Part shown: positions 1 through 9,764 of the stretch, piece by piece
How the letters are laid out: every line of letters starts with the position of its first letter
How positions within the stretch are numbered: position 1 is the stretch's first letter
Source of the DNA: Planctomycetota bacterium
GTDB taxonomy: Bacteria > Planctomycetota > UBA11346
DNA: 64,000 nt
NCBI GenBank assembly: GCA_038231435.1
Contig: JBBRLJ010000023.1
Coordinates: 28,137 to 92,136, forward strand
Direction of reading: 5' to 3'
Position numbers and translations under genes: made by a program
The notes under the pieces: generated by a model
The model's database searches: none
The model's input: only the letters and a program-made list of their open reading frames with translations
What the model was told of the DNA's origin: nothing

Positions 1-672
1 TTGCTCCAGGTCCTCGCCAGTCTGCACGGGGATGCGGTGGTGTATGTCGAGGACGGCGCGCCGTTCCCCTGGCTGACCATCGCCACCGGCATGGACGAGG
101 ACGTGGCGCGCGAGATCCTGCCCATCCTCGCCATCGGCGTGGGGATGGCGCCAGAGGGCGACGACGGCGTGCTCGGCGGATTCCTCGGGGTATCGGCCTT
201 CCAGGCGGGGTATCGCGATGGGCAGCTGATCCTGACCACCAATCCTGCGGGAGTGGACGGCTACCTGAAGCGCCAGGGAGGATTCACCGCCGATGCCCAG
301 GCCAAGGCCGCGCTCGCCGAGATCCCGCCCGAGGCGGCGTTCATCGGCATCAGCCGCAGCGGGCCCGCCACAGCGGCCATGGCCCGCCTGGCGCTCCAGC
401 CCGCGGCGCATCTCGGCGTGCCGCAGCTGGCGACCCTGCCGAACGATCTCGGCACGCGCGGTCGACACGGATTCTTCAGCGCGCGCGGCACGGCGGATGG
501 CGTGACGGTCGATGCCGGAGGCATCATCGGCGGGCCGCTGTGCTCATATGCGCTGATCAGCGGCACCGTGTACGCGACCTACATCGCCGGAGCCAGGCGG
601 ATGCAGCGCCAACTCCAGGATCTGCACCGGCGCCACGAAGCGGCCCAGGGCCGGAGCGAAAAATCGATGTGA
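1..672 (+). CDS. Hypothetical protein, 5'-truncated by the window edge
   Basis: Open frame from the window start with GC3-rich codons, followed by a bidirectional terminator; no recognisable motif. Confidence 0.7.
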   Translation: MLQVLASLHGDAVVYVEDGAPFPWLTIATGMDEDVAREILPILAIGVGMAPEGDDGVLGGFLGVSAFQAGYRDGQLILTTNPAGVDGYLKRQGGFTADAQAKAALAEIPPEAAFIGISRSGPATAAMARLALQPAAHLGVPQLATLPNDLGTRGRHGFFSARGTADGVTVDAGGIIGGPLCSYALISGTVYATYIAGARRMQRQLQDLHRRHEAAQGRSEKSM

Positions 673-754
673 CGGTACGGCGCCATCACGGAACGGGTCA
701 CCTGTCGTCATCCGTCCTTGGCGTCGTCGCTATCGACCGCTGATGCCGGCAAAC

Positions 755-784
755 GAAAAACCCCGGCGATCACCGGGGTTTTTC
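755..784. terminator. Bidirectional intrinsic terminator
   Basis: GAAAAACCCCGG-cgatca-CCGGGGTTTTTC perfect inverted repeat between convergent genes. Confidence 0.85.
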
Positions 785-817
785 TGTGCTGCGGCAGGAG
801 CCGCCCAGCGACGGCTC

Positions 818-973
818 TCAGTGCGAAGCGCTGCCCGCGCTCGTGGCGCCGCCATTGATGATGTTCTGATCCTTGAGATCGAGGATCTCGGCCCAGCCGA
901 AGCCCATCGCCATCAGCAAGGCGATGAAGGCGATGACGACCAGCCAGAGGTAGATCTTGTCTTGTTCTTCCAT
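818..973 (-). CDS. 51-aa single-TM small membrane protein (not in ORF track)
   Basis: MEEQDKIYLWLVVIAFIALLMAMGFGWAEILDLKDQNIINGGATSAGSASH*; GGAG 5 nt before ATG; host-like codon usage; last gene before the terminator. Confidence 0.8.
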   Translation of the reverse strand: MEEQDKIYLWLVVIAFIALLMAMGFGWAEILDLKDQNIINGGATSAGSASH

Positions 974-1018
974 GGATGCTCCGTCGTCGTTGGCGTGTGG
1001 GGCTTCAGGCGCTCGGGC

Positions 1019-1903
1019 CTAGAGCCGGTTCGAGGCCATGTCGCCCTGCTGGATCTGCAGGTTGTTGGTGTTCCAGGTCTCCGGAATCACGCGACACGCG
1101 ACCATGCCGTTCATCACGCGCTCGGCGCGGACCTTGACGATGTATTGATTGTTGCGGTAGACGATGAATTCGATGCCTTCCTCGACCTTGTCTTCCTTGC
1201 CGAGGGTCAGCATGACCAGGTCCTGCTGGCCCTGGGGGTTGGCGCGCACCGCGGCGACCACCGCCGAGAGGTAGCGGTCAGACGCGGTCTGGTCGTTCAG
1301 CTCGGTCCAGATCTTGGGATAGCGCTCGCGCAGGATACCCATCATGGCCTGATTCTTCTTCAGGTCCTTGCTGAGCTGATCGATGTCCTGGGCGCGCTGG
1401 CTGAGCTCGGTCTGGGCGTTGTTGAGGTCGTCCTCGACCTCGGCCAGCTTGACGTTGAGGTTGAAGGCGACGGCGCGCGCGACCTGCGCGATGTGGGTCA
1501 GCTCGGCGTTGCGCTGGCGCACCATCTCGAGCGACTTCGACTGCGCCATGAAGTCTTCCTTCAGGCTATTGTAGTCAGTCTCCTGCTTCTTGAGCTGCAG
1601 ATCCTTGTTCTGGATGGTCTGCTTGAGATCGGTGATGCCGTTCTCCTGCTCCTTCACCTTCGCCTGCAGGTCGGTGATCGCCGTATTCAGGCTCACCACC
1701 TGGTTGTCGGACTTCACCTTCTGCATCGACAGGTCAGCCCGGCTCTGGTTGGACGAGTCGAGCTCGGCCTTCAGCTCCTTCGTATCCTGGTCCCAGCGGC
1801 GCTTCCAGTTCTCGCGCGTGGCGTACTGGGTCATCGTCGTGAACGCGAAGAGCAACGACATGACGAGGATCAGGACGATGAAGACTTTGATAGTGGTGCT
1901 CAT
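1019..1903 (-). CDS. Membrane-anchored long coiled-coil protein with C-terminal beta domain
   Basis: N-terminal TM (KVFIVLILVMSLLFAF), ~170 aa heptad-rich region, C-terminal beta-rich domain (LVMLTLGKEDKVEEGIEFIVYR). Confidence 0.85.
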   Translation of the reverse strand: MSTTIKVFIVLILVMSLLFAFTTMTQYATRENWKRRWDQDTKELKAELDSSNQSRADLSMQKVKSDNQVVSLNTAITDLQAKVKEQENGITDLKQTIQNKDLQLKKQETDYNSLKEDFMAQSKSLEMVRQRNAELTHIAQVARAVAFNLNVKLAEVEDDLNNAQTELSQRAQDIDQLSKDLKKNQAMMGILRERYPKIWTELNDQTASDRYLSAVVAAVRANPQGQQDLVMLTLGKEDKVEEGIEFIVYRNNQYIVKVRAERVMNGMVACRVIPETWNTNNLQIQQGDMASNRL

Positions 1904-1952
1904 TTGGATTGGGCTCCAGGGGAAGATTGCAGGCGCAGCAGGCTAGGGTCTT

Positions 1953-4430
1953 TTAATTGCCGGCGGCGGGTTGGGCGGCAGGGGCGGCGGGCTTGGCCTC
2001 ACCGGAGGTGATGGCATCGAGCGGATCCTTGCCGGCGCCGGGGGCGCGCACGTCGAGGCGTTGCTGTACCAGATAGCGTGAGAGCAGGGCGTTCGCCGTT
2101 TCCGGCGCATGGCCGACGGCTTCGGCCGCGGCGGCGCGGACTCCGGCGTCCTCATTCTGAAGGGCCTTCAGGATGATGGCGACAGCGGCGTCGGTGGTCG
2201 GGTTCAGCTGGCCGATGGCGTAGAGGAACGCCGAGCGGACCTCGGGCTTGAGCTGTGCGTCCTGAGCTCCGTAGACGTCGGTCACGTGCGCCACGAGCGC
2301 ACGCACGCTCTCGCCGTTCTTGCCCTGGGCCGCCAATCCGAGGGCCTTGCAGGCCTGGATGCGCAGCGCGTCGTTGCGGGCGTCGAGCGTATTCGCCAGC
2401 GCCTGGGCCGCGAGCGCGGTATCGAACTGGGTGCGGGCGGGATCCGGAACCTGCAGGGCGATCGCCGCGCGCAGCGAGATGTCCTCGGCCACTTCGCGGT
2501 TCACGTTGGGCAGTTGCGCATCCTTGAGCGCCATCTCGATCTTGCCCTTGAGATCCTCGGCGGTGAACGGCTTCTTGATGAAGCCCGCGACCTTGCCATC
2601 GAAGGCGGCCTGGATCTTGTTCGAGATCTCGGGGTCCTCGGGGAGCGAGATGAAGATCGGGGTCTTCTCTGAGCGCCAGTCCTTGTGCAGCTTGTCGAGC
2701 AGCGTGTCGAGATGCTCCTCGGGATTCAGGACGATGTTGCCCTTCGAATCCTTCACCGGCGCATCGACGTTCTCGGGCAGCGTGGGCATGAGCTCGCCGG
2801 AGATGATGATCGCATCCTTGACCGGCGACTCCTCGAGGCGCTGCATGGCCTCGAAGCCGTCGATCGCGGTGTAGACCATGTAGCCGTCGTTGTGCAGCTG
2901 TTCGCGAGCGGTGTTGCGCTGGCGGTAATCCTGGTCGACGACCATGACCACGCGCATGCCCCATTCGCCGACCGCTTCGGCCAGCGTCGGAACGACCTTC
3001 TCGGCATTGAAGAACTCGAGCGACGGGTCGAGATGGGCGAGGGTGATGGCCGCCTGGTAGCGGACCTGCTTGTCGGGATGGTCGAGCCCGGCGCATAGCA
3101 CGGTGCCGGACTTGTCGGGGGTCAGCCCTTCGTCCTTGGTCGGCAGGGAGGTGTCGGCGTGGGCGATGTATTTGTCTTCGAGCACGCGCATCAGATAGGC
3201 GCCGACGTCGTAGCGCTCGGAGACCACGGCCTGCTGCACGGCGCGATACAAGTGATTGCCACCAAACAACTTGATGCGATTGCTCTGCTCCTCGAGGGCC
3301 TTGACGCGCTCCTCGATGGCGGTGACGCTCTCGTCCGGGAACTGAGCCGGGACGGTGCTTTCCTTGGCCAGGCGGAAGCGCTCGACGGCCTCGACCGCCT
3401 GGGCCGCGAGATCGGCGGCCAGCAGCGGGTGGTAGGCCGAGAATTCGGGGTAGTTGGAGATGCCGTCGAACAGCAGCTCCTCGGCCATCAGCTCGTTCCA
3501 CGCGTAACGCGGCACGCGCACGAAGCTGAGCTTCTTGTCCATCTCGCCAGCGGCGTTCTCATCCCAGCGCCACATCAGGCTCTCATTGGCGATCATCTCG
3601 TCATGGACCTGGTCGTTGTCGCGGAAATAGCGCAGCGCCTCGGTAAAATACGCGGCGTCGGCAGAAGCGGGCGAGGCGATCTTGGCGGCTTTCTCGATCG
3701 CGGCGATGGCGTTCGAGATGACGCGCTTCGACGTGTCGGAGGTGTCCTTGGCGTCGAGCAGGCTCCGGAGCTTGGGCAGCGAGCGGGCATCGCCGATGTC
3801 AGCGAGCACCATCGCGGCGCTCTCGACGACGCGCTGGTCCTTGGCCTTGAGGGCCTCGTCCAGTGCGATCACCGAGCGGTAGCCCATGCGGGTGAGGACG
3901 ATGCGGCAGTAGGTGCGCATCTCGTCCTGGCGGTTGTCGCTCATCCGCTGCAGCAGCCACGGGATCGCGACCGGTCCGACGGCGATCAGCTCGAGCGTCG
4001 AGACGACGCGTTCTTCCTCGCTGGCGTTGAGCTTTTCCAGCAGGATCTTGATGTAATCGGGGCTGTGGCGCATCTCGCGCTGATAGATGCGGGCGCGGCG
4101 CAGGATGTCGCGCAGAACGTCGGCGAGTTCGTCCTTCTCTTCCATGCGCACCAGCAGGCCATCGCCCGCCGCCTGCGAGAACTGGAACAGCAGGCTGTTG
4201 TCCGGGTCGAGCTTGAGCGCGCTGTGGAATGCGGCGGCGGCCTGCTTGTAGCGGCCGGCGCGGTATTCCTTGACGCCCTCGGCGAGCAGGTCCTTCGCTT
4301 GGTCGTTGCCCGAGAAGCGCGGATCCGGAGTGAACTCGGCGCCCATCAAGCGGCCGGACAATCCGGCGGACGAGCCCACCACCATTGAGGCGGCGAGCAG
4401 CACGGTGGCCAGCAGCTTCGGCTTCGGCAT
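1953..4430 (-). CDS. Exported TPR/HEAT-repeat protein with embedded receiver-like domain
   Basis: Start moved to MPKPKLLATVLLAAS (GGAGG RBS, signal peptide); TPR (YKQAAAAFHSALKLDPDN), HEAT repeats, REC-like segment ~2520-2957. Confidence 0.85.
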   Translation of the reverse strand: MPKPKLLATVLLAASMVVGSSAGLSGRLMGAEFTPDPRFSGNDQAKDLLAEGVKEYRAGRYKQAAAAFHSALKLDPDNSLLFQFSQAAGDGLLVRMEEKDELADVLRDILRRARIYQREMRHSPDYIKILLEKLNASEEERVVSTLELIAVGPVAIPWLLQRMSDNRQDEMRTYCRIVLTRMGYRSVIALDEALKAKDQRVVESAAMVLADIGDARSLPKLRSLLDAKDTSDTSKRVISNAIAAIEKAAKIASPASADAAYFTEALRYFRDNDQVHDEMIANESLMWRWDENAAGEMDKKLSFVRVPRYAWNELMAEELLFDGISNYPEFSAYHPLLAADLAAQAVEAVERFRLAKESTVPAQFPDESVTAIEERVKALEEQSNRIKLFGGNHLYRAVQQAVVSERYDVGAYLMRVLEDKYIAHADTSLPTKDEGLTPDKSGTVLCAGLDHPDKQVRYQAAITLAHLDPSLEFFNAEKVVPTLAEAVGEWGMRVVMVVDQDYRQRNTAREQLHNDGYMVYTAIDGFEAMQRLEESPVKDAIIISGELMPTLPENVDAPVKDSKGNIVLNPEEHLDTLLDKLHKDWRSEKTPIFISLPEDPEISNKIQAAFDGKVAGFIKKPFTAEDLKGKIEMALKDAQLPNVNREVAEDISLRAAIALQVPDPARTQFDTALAAQALANTLDARNDALRIQACKALGLAAQGKNGESVRALVAHVTDVYGAQDAQLKPEVRSAFLYAIGQLNPTTDAAVAIILKALQNEDAGVRAAAAEAVGHAPETANALLSRYLVQQRLDVRAPGAGKDPLDAITSGEAKPAAPAAQPAAGN

Positions 4431-4808
4431 CACTACCTCCAGGGGGCGGCACAGTAGTCGTCGCGGAGTCAAGACAAGTTGACTGCCGCCTTCCACCAGA
4501 ACGTCCCGTATCGAGTCGGCATCATTCATGGGCCGCCGTGATGCCTCAACCGCGTAGCCTTTTGCGATGGGGCCGGTGTATGATGGACCGGAGTACACAA
4601 GTCCAGGCGTGGAAATGGGGAACGAAGATCACGCCGAGGCCGGTAACCACCATCTGGAAGGGTCTGGAGAGCCCCTTCACCCGGACGGCGGATCGAGGTT
4701 CTGACCGGGGTCTCGGCGACTTTCGCGGACGATCCGGGCCAGCATGGGCCATCCCGGATGATGGCTTTCGCGGTCAATCGCACTAAACGCTGCTATCCGC
4801 TCGGACCC

Positions 4809-5654
4809 ATGCCAGCCATCTCTCTACCCGCTCCGGCGAAGATCAATCTCGTCCTCGAGGTGCTCGGGCGCCGCGCGGACGGGTTCCATGAACTCGAGAC
4901 GCTGTTCCAGACCCTCGAGCTGCACGACCTGGTCGAGGTCGCGCTCGATCCCGGCGCCGATGGCATCGCTCTGGAATGCTCGGATCCGCGCCTTCCCGCG
5001 GGATCTGGCAATCTCGCCTGGCGCGCCGCCAGCGCGGTCGCGGCGCGCCTGCCGGGCATCGGCCGCATCGGCATCCGCCTGCGCAAGGTGCTGCCGCACG
5101 GGGCCGGGCTGGGCGGCGGATCGAGCGATGCCGCGGCGGTCCTGCGCGCGCTCGCGAAGCTCGACGCGCGCGTCGCGCGGCTCGATCTGGCGGCGATTGC
5201 CGCGGAAATCGGCTCCGATGTGCCGTTCTTCCTCGTCGGAGGCACCGCCCACGCCACTGGGCGCGGCGAGGTCCTCACCGCCCTGCCCGATGCTCCTGCG
5301 AGCGAGGTGACGGTGTTGATGCCGGACGCGATCCTGTCGACTCCGGCGGTATTTTCCGCCCTCGACGACGCCGAGCGCGGCCCCCGCCCGGCGCGCGGAG
5401 CGGACTGGTGGAGTCGCCGCCTCGCTGCCGAGGGTCCCACGCGGATCGCCGAGAACCGCTTGTCGGGTGCCGCGCGGCGCCTGAGCCCGCGAGTTTCCCA
5501 GCTGCTCGACCACCTGTCTGGTACGGGAATTCCCCACCTGATGACCGGTTCGGGTGCGGCCTGCGTCGCCTTCGCGGCGATCGAGCCCCCGGCGGGGGTG
5601 CGTTCGTGGCGCACGCGCTTCAGGCCGCGGGCGCGCCTGGACGCACTCTCCTGA
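4809..5654 (+). CDS. ispE: 4-diphosphocytidyl-2-C-methyl-D-erythritol kinase
   Basis: APAKINLVLEVLGRRADGFHELET, PHGAGLGGGSSDAA, GSDVPFF and MTGSG motifs. Confidence 0.95.
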   Translation: MPAISLPAPAKINLVLEVLGRRADGFHELETLFQTLELHDLVEVALDPGADGIALECSDPRLPAGSGNLAWRAASAVAARLPGIGRIGIRLRKVLPHGAGLGGGSSDAAAVLRALAKLDARVARLDLAAIAAEIGSDVPFFLVGGTAHATGRGEVLTALPDAPASEVTVLMPDAILSTPAVFSALDDAERGPRPARGADWWSRRLAAEGPTRIAENRLSGAARRLSPRVSQLLDHLSGTGIPHLMTGSGAACVAFAAIEPPAGVRSWRTRFRPRARLDALS

Positions 5655-5905
5655 TGCAGAGCGTCCGGTGAGGAGCGGATGCCGAGCCTGTGGCGGATGG
5701 GTGTGCGCGGCGGGTATGGGCCGAATGGTTCGCTCGCCGCTCGCCGCTCTCCTCTCGCTGCAAGCCTTCTGCCCTTAGCCCCCATAGGAGCCCCCAGATG
5801 AACAGTAATTTGACATCGGCTCATCCCAGCGTGTGATACCGGGCCTCATTCCCGTACCGTCCCGCTTCTTAAACACGCGGACAGAGCCAGCGCCGAGGAT
5901 CGATA

Positions 5906-6931
5906 ATGGTCAAAGAGAAAGCCAGCCAGGAAGAGATCTACCGCGTCATGCGGTCGGACATCGAAGCCGGGGGCTATCCTGCCTCCAGCCGGCTGCCATC
6001 CGTCCGCACTCTGGCCAAGCGCTTCTCGGCGAGCCCGAACACCATCTCCAAGGTGGTGAGCCGCCTGATGGAATCGGGCCTGTGCACCGCGCGCCGCGGC
6101 GTCGGCCTGTTCGTGCGCAGCCTGCCCAACCGCAAGTTGACGCTGCTCGTCGGCACCACCTCCGACCAGCCGAAGGACGACTTCTACGGACATGTCGAGA
6201 AGCGCATCGCCGAGCGCTGCCAGGCGGACGGCATCGAGATCGAGCGCTACCACATCACCCCTGGCGATCCGGCCTACGGCCCCGACGTCGATCGCATCCG
6301 CCGCCCGGGCAGAGTGATCCTCTGCATCGGCCTCGCCCACGAGCCGCATCTGAAGCAGCTTGCCGATCTGCGCCGCCCGATGCTGGTGGTCGGCTGCGCG
6401 CCGAGCCGCTGCAACGCTTCCTCGATCGTGCCCAACAGCTTCCGCTCCGGCTACCTCGCCGCGCGGCACCTGATCCGCAAGGGCTGCCGCCGCATCGCCT
6501 TCATCGGCCGCGTGCGCGAAGTCCGCGGTGTGACCCTGCCCGAGGCCGAGAGCCTCAAGGAATTCGCGGGCATGCAGTGCGCCTTCATGGAGGACACGCT
6601 GCCGCTGCATTCGGAGCTGGTGTTCAACGACATCGCCCAGGTCGCCGCGCGCGCTGCGACGCTCAAAGAGATGCCCGACGCGGTGATCATGCCCGACATC
6701 GACGGCATCGAAGCGATCCAGACGATGAAGGCCCTCGGCAGCAAGCTCGAGCGCGTGGTGCTTGGCGACGACCGCATCCTCGAGCGCCCCAAGCGCCCCG
6801 CCGCGGTCGTGGTCAAGCGCGAGGACGTGGTCGAGCTCGCTCTCATGGAACTCCACCGCCTGCTCGACGAGCAGAGCAAGTCCCATCGCGCGATGAGCGT
6901 CGATGGTGAGCTGCACGACGCCGTCGGCTGA
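5906..6931 (+). CDS. GntR-family regulator with LacI-type sugar-binding domain
   Basis: RLPSVRTLAKRF..SPNT..RRGVGLFV winged HTH; C-terminal SGYLAARHLIRKGCRRIAFIG. Confidence 0.9.
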   Translation: MVKEKASQEEIYRVMRSDIEAGGYPASSRLPSVRTLAKRFSASPNTISKVVSRLMESGLCTARRGVGLFVRSLPNRKLTLLVGTTSDQPKDDFYGHVEKRIAERCQADGIEIERYHITPGDPAYGPDVDRIRRPGRVILCIGLAHEPHLKQLADLRRPMLVVGCAPSRCNASSIVPNSFRSGYLAARHLIRKGCRRIAFIGRVREVRGVTLPEAESLKEFAGMQCAFMEDTLPLHSELVFNDIAQVAARAATLKEMPDAVIMPDIDGIEAIQTMKALGSKLERVVLGDDRILERPKRPAAVVVKREDVVELALMELHRLLDEQSKSHRAMSVDGELHDAVG

Positions 6932-6956
6932 GCCCGAGGGCCGAACGGCTCACGGC

Positions 6957-7211
6957 ATGAGCCGTTCGCTGCTCATCGTCGTCTCGATCTGCATGGTGCT
7001 CTCCTCGTACGTCGGGGGCTACGCCTGGTGGCGAGTCCGTGATCCGAGGTATCCGGGCATCTACCACGGCGGGGTGTTGCGCTTCCAGAAACCCGCGACG
7101 GCGATGAACCGCTTCTGCTTCACCTTGTTCGCTCCACTGCGTTGGCTGGATGAGCGCTATCAGCATCGGCGCGTCCAATTGTACGATCCGAACCGGTATC
7201 CGGGACTGTGA
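6957..7211 (+). CDS. Small membrane protein
   Basis: 84 aa with N-terminal TM helix followed by YVGGY and FAPLRWLD; directly downstream of the GntR gene. Confidence 0.65.
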   Translation: MSRSLLIVVSICMVLSSYVGGYAWWRVRDPRYPGIYHGGVLRFQKPATAMNRFCFTLFAPLRWLDERYQHRRVQLYDPNRYPGL

Positions 7212-7413
7212 TCAGTGCAACGCGGGTGATGGAAAGAGAGCTGCGCGTCGAGGCGTGTCATCTCTCGTCTGATTCACGAAACCGAAGAACGCCCACCAAG
7301 ACGTGTCCTCTATCGAGCTTCTCAGATTCTCCCTCGTCCCTCGAATCCCGATTCGACATGAAGGGAAACAAGCTCGAAGCTCGGAAACGAGAAGCCGCCG
7401 GCCCCGCGCGGAA

Positions 7414-8823
7414 TCAGATGTCCCGCAGCGCCCGCTCCGCCTCGCCGAATTCCTTCGGCAACTGCGAGTCGATCTCGAGCGCCGGCCCGCCCGCAGGATG
7501 CGGCAACAGCACCTTCGACGCATGCAGCAGATGCCTCGGCACATGGATGGGATCCGCGCGGTCGCCGTAGAGGCGATCGCCGTAGAGCGGATGGCCCATC
7601 TCGCTGAAATGGATGCGGATCTGGTGGTATCGGCCGGTCTGCGGCTCGACGCGCACGCGGCTGCCGTAGGTGCCGAGGCGTTCCTCGACCGTCCAGGTGG
7701 TGATCGCCTCGCGCGCGTCCTGGCCGCGGCCGCTGCGCCAGCGCTCATAACCCACGCCGCTGTCGACCTTGACCAGGTAGCTCTTGCGGGTGCCGCTCTC
7801 GCGCGGATGGCCGCGCACGATGGCGTGGTAGGTCTTCTTCACCGCGTGGTCCTTGAACATCTCTTCGAGCCGGCGCGCGATCTTGGCCTCGCGCGCGAAC
7901 AGCACGATACCCGAGGTGTCGGCGTCGAGGCGGTGCACGGGGATGATGTCCTCGCCGACCTCGAGCTTGAGGATGTCGAGCAAGCTCCAGCTCTTCGGGC
8001 CTTCGGTCGGCGTCACCGGCAGCCATGCCGGCTTGTCATAGGCGAGGACGCCGCCGCCGTCGTGCAGCACGCGGTCGCCATCGAAATGGTGCTCGTGGCT
8101 CTCGGGCAGGAAGAATTCGACGATGTCGCCGACTTCGAGTTCGCGGCTGCCGAAGGTCTCGATGCGGCCGTTGAGGCGGCAGCAGCCGAGCTCGAGGTGG
8201 CGCCGCGCGGCGCGTCCCGAGAGGTGCTTGTGCATGTGCACCAGAAAAGCCGCGAGCTTCATTCCCGATTCGGCGCGGATGATGCGCGCGTTGGGGCCCG
8301 GACGCCACACGGCGCCGCGATCGGGACGCGCCGGGCGTCCGCGATGGCGGGCATCGCCGTCGATGCCGGCGTCCGCGTGACGCGCGTCTCCACGCGGGCC
8401 TTTGCCCGACGCGCGATCCGGACGCTGGCGGATGTCGGGGCGGGGACGACCACCAGTATCGCGGCGATCGCCTCGTGGGGTGCCACGCGCGTCGCTTCGC
8501 GATCCCCGGTCTCCACCGGTCGATCCGCGCCGTTCGTCGGGCCGTCGGCGGTCCTCAGGCCGCTGCCGTTGGGCGCGAGCGCCGCCTTCAGGGCGCGGCT
8601 TTCCTGGACGCGCGCCGTCGGCGCCGCGGCGCGGAGTTCCTCCGCTACGGGTGCGCGGGACATCGGATCCGCGCTCGGGACGCTCGTCCGAGGATCCGCG
8701 CTGATCGCGTGAGCCGCTGCGGTCTCCGCGTGGCGAGCGCTCGCCGTGGCCGTCGCGGCGCTTGCGGCGGTCGTCATCGGAGTGGTCGGAACGGCCGCGC
8801 ATGCGGCTGGGGGGTCGGGCCAT
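7414..8823 (-). CDS. RluA-family pseudouridine synthase with long Arg-rich N-terminal extension
   Basis: DKPAWL, HRLDADTSG, TGRYHQIRIH and GHPLYGDRLYG motifs; S4-like segment; start taken at MARPPSR. Confidence 0.9.
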   Translation of the reverse strand: MARPPSRMRGRSDHSDDDRRKRRDGHGERSPRGDRSGSRDQRGSSDERPERGSDVPRTRSGGTPRRGADGARPGKPRPEGGARAQRQRPEDRRRPDERRGSTGGDRGSRSDARGTPRGDRRDTGGRPRPDIRQRPDRASGKGPRGDARHADAGIDGDARHRGRPARPDRGAVWRPGPNARIIRAESGMKLAAFLVHMHKHLSGRAARRHLELGCCRLNGRIETFGSRELEVGDIVEFFLPESHEHHFDGDRVLHDGGGVLAYDKPAWLPVTPTEGPKSWSLLDILKLEVGEDIIPVHRLDADTSGIVLFAREAKIARRLEEMFKDHAVKKTYHAIVRGHPRESGTRKSYLVKVDSGVGYERWRSGRGQDAREAITTWTVEERLGTYGSRVRVEPQTGRYHQIRIHFSEMGHPLYGDRLYGDRADPIHVPRHLLHASKVLLPHPAGGPALEIDSQLPKEFGEAERALRDI

Positions 8824-8825
8824 GA

Positions 8826-9764
8826 TCAGTCGCCGAGGTGCTGGAGGAATTCGTCGAGCGGCACATCGCGCGCGTCCGAGGGTGGCTCGAGGCGCATGCG
8901 CTCGTCGCTGATCGCCGGGAGGCCGTCGAAGCGGCCGATGGTGAAGATGATCTCGCTGAGGTCGCCGGCCACGGCGACGCGCGCCTGGGTGGGCCGCCGC
9001 TGCTCGTCGAACTGCTTGTAGCGCGAGTAGGTGATCGACACGACCTGCTTGCCATCGGCTTGGAGCAGACGCTTGGCGTCCACCACGCGCTCGCTCGCAT
9101 CGATGTCGAGCTCGGCGACCAGACCGCCGCCCGCCGGGCAGGTGATGGTGTCCTTCTTCGCGCCTGCGTGGAACGGGCCCATCAGGGGCAGCGGTCCGGC
9201 GGTGAGCTCGCTGGCGATCATGGTCAGCTGCAGCAGCAACTGGGTTTCCGCCGCGGTCGGAGCCTGGTCTTTGCGTTCTTTCGTCTGAACGGACGGCTGT
9301 ACGGACGGCTGCTGATCCGCGCGTGGAGTCGTGTCGCCTCCGTGGATCCCTCCACGGAGATTGCCGTGCGCGCTGAGCTTCGCGCGCGGCAGCCAGGCCG
9401 TGTAGGTGCCGTCGGCGGCCACCAGCGCCGAGCAGAACTCGACGTCGACCTTGGTGGCGTTCACGCGCACGCGGCCGTCGGGGGCGCACCACAGGTAGAG
9501 CTGGAAGGTCTGGGCGTCCTGGTCTGGCTGCTTGATGCGGATGTTGGCGCGCGCCGCGGCGGCGGGAGTCTGGCCGAGCCGCTGCGCCACGCCGATCGCG
9601 GTGGCGGTAGCTTCGGCGTTCCGGTCGACCCCCGCCGCGTCCTCGGCACGCGGGACGTCGTCGCGCTTGGCCGGACGCACGTCGCCGCAGCCGATGGACG
9701 ACATGGCGGAGGCCAGGCCGGCGATCGCCAGTCCCGCGGTGATCGCGCCGCGCACGACGCGCAT
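8826..9764 (-). CDS. Putative lipoprotein (possible LolA/DUF4292-like fold)
   Basis: Lipobox-like SIGC after a hydrophobic leader; ATG overlaps the rimO stop (TGATG). Confidence 0.7.
   Translation of the reverse strand: MRVVRGAITAGLAIAGLASAMSSIGCGDVRPAKRDDVPRAEDAAGVDRNAEATATAIGVAQRLGQTPAAAARANIRIKQPDQDAQTFQLYLWCAPDGRVRVNATKVDVEFCSALVAADGTYTAWLPRAKLSAHGNLRGGIHGGDTTPRADQQPSVQPSVQTKERKDQAPTAAETQLLLQLTMIASELTAGPLPLMGPFHAGAKKDTITCPAGGGLVAELDIDASERVVDAKRLLQADGKQVVSITYSRYKQFDEQRRPTQARVAVAGDLSEIIFTIGRFDGLPAISDERMRLEPPSDARDVPLDEFLQHLGD

Noticed and set aside
7414..9492. 692-aa ORF as a fusion protein
   Set aside because: The 5' part overlaps the lipoprotein gene in another frame; the real start is more likely 8823
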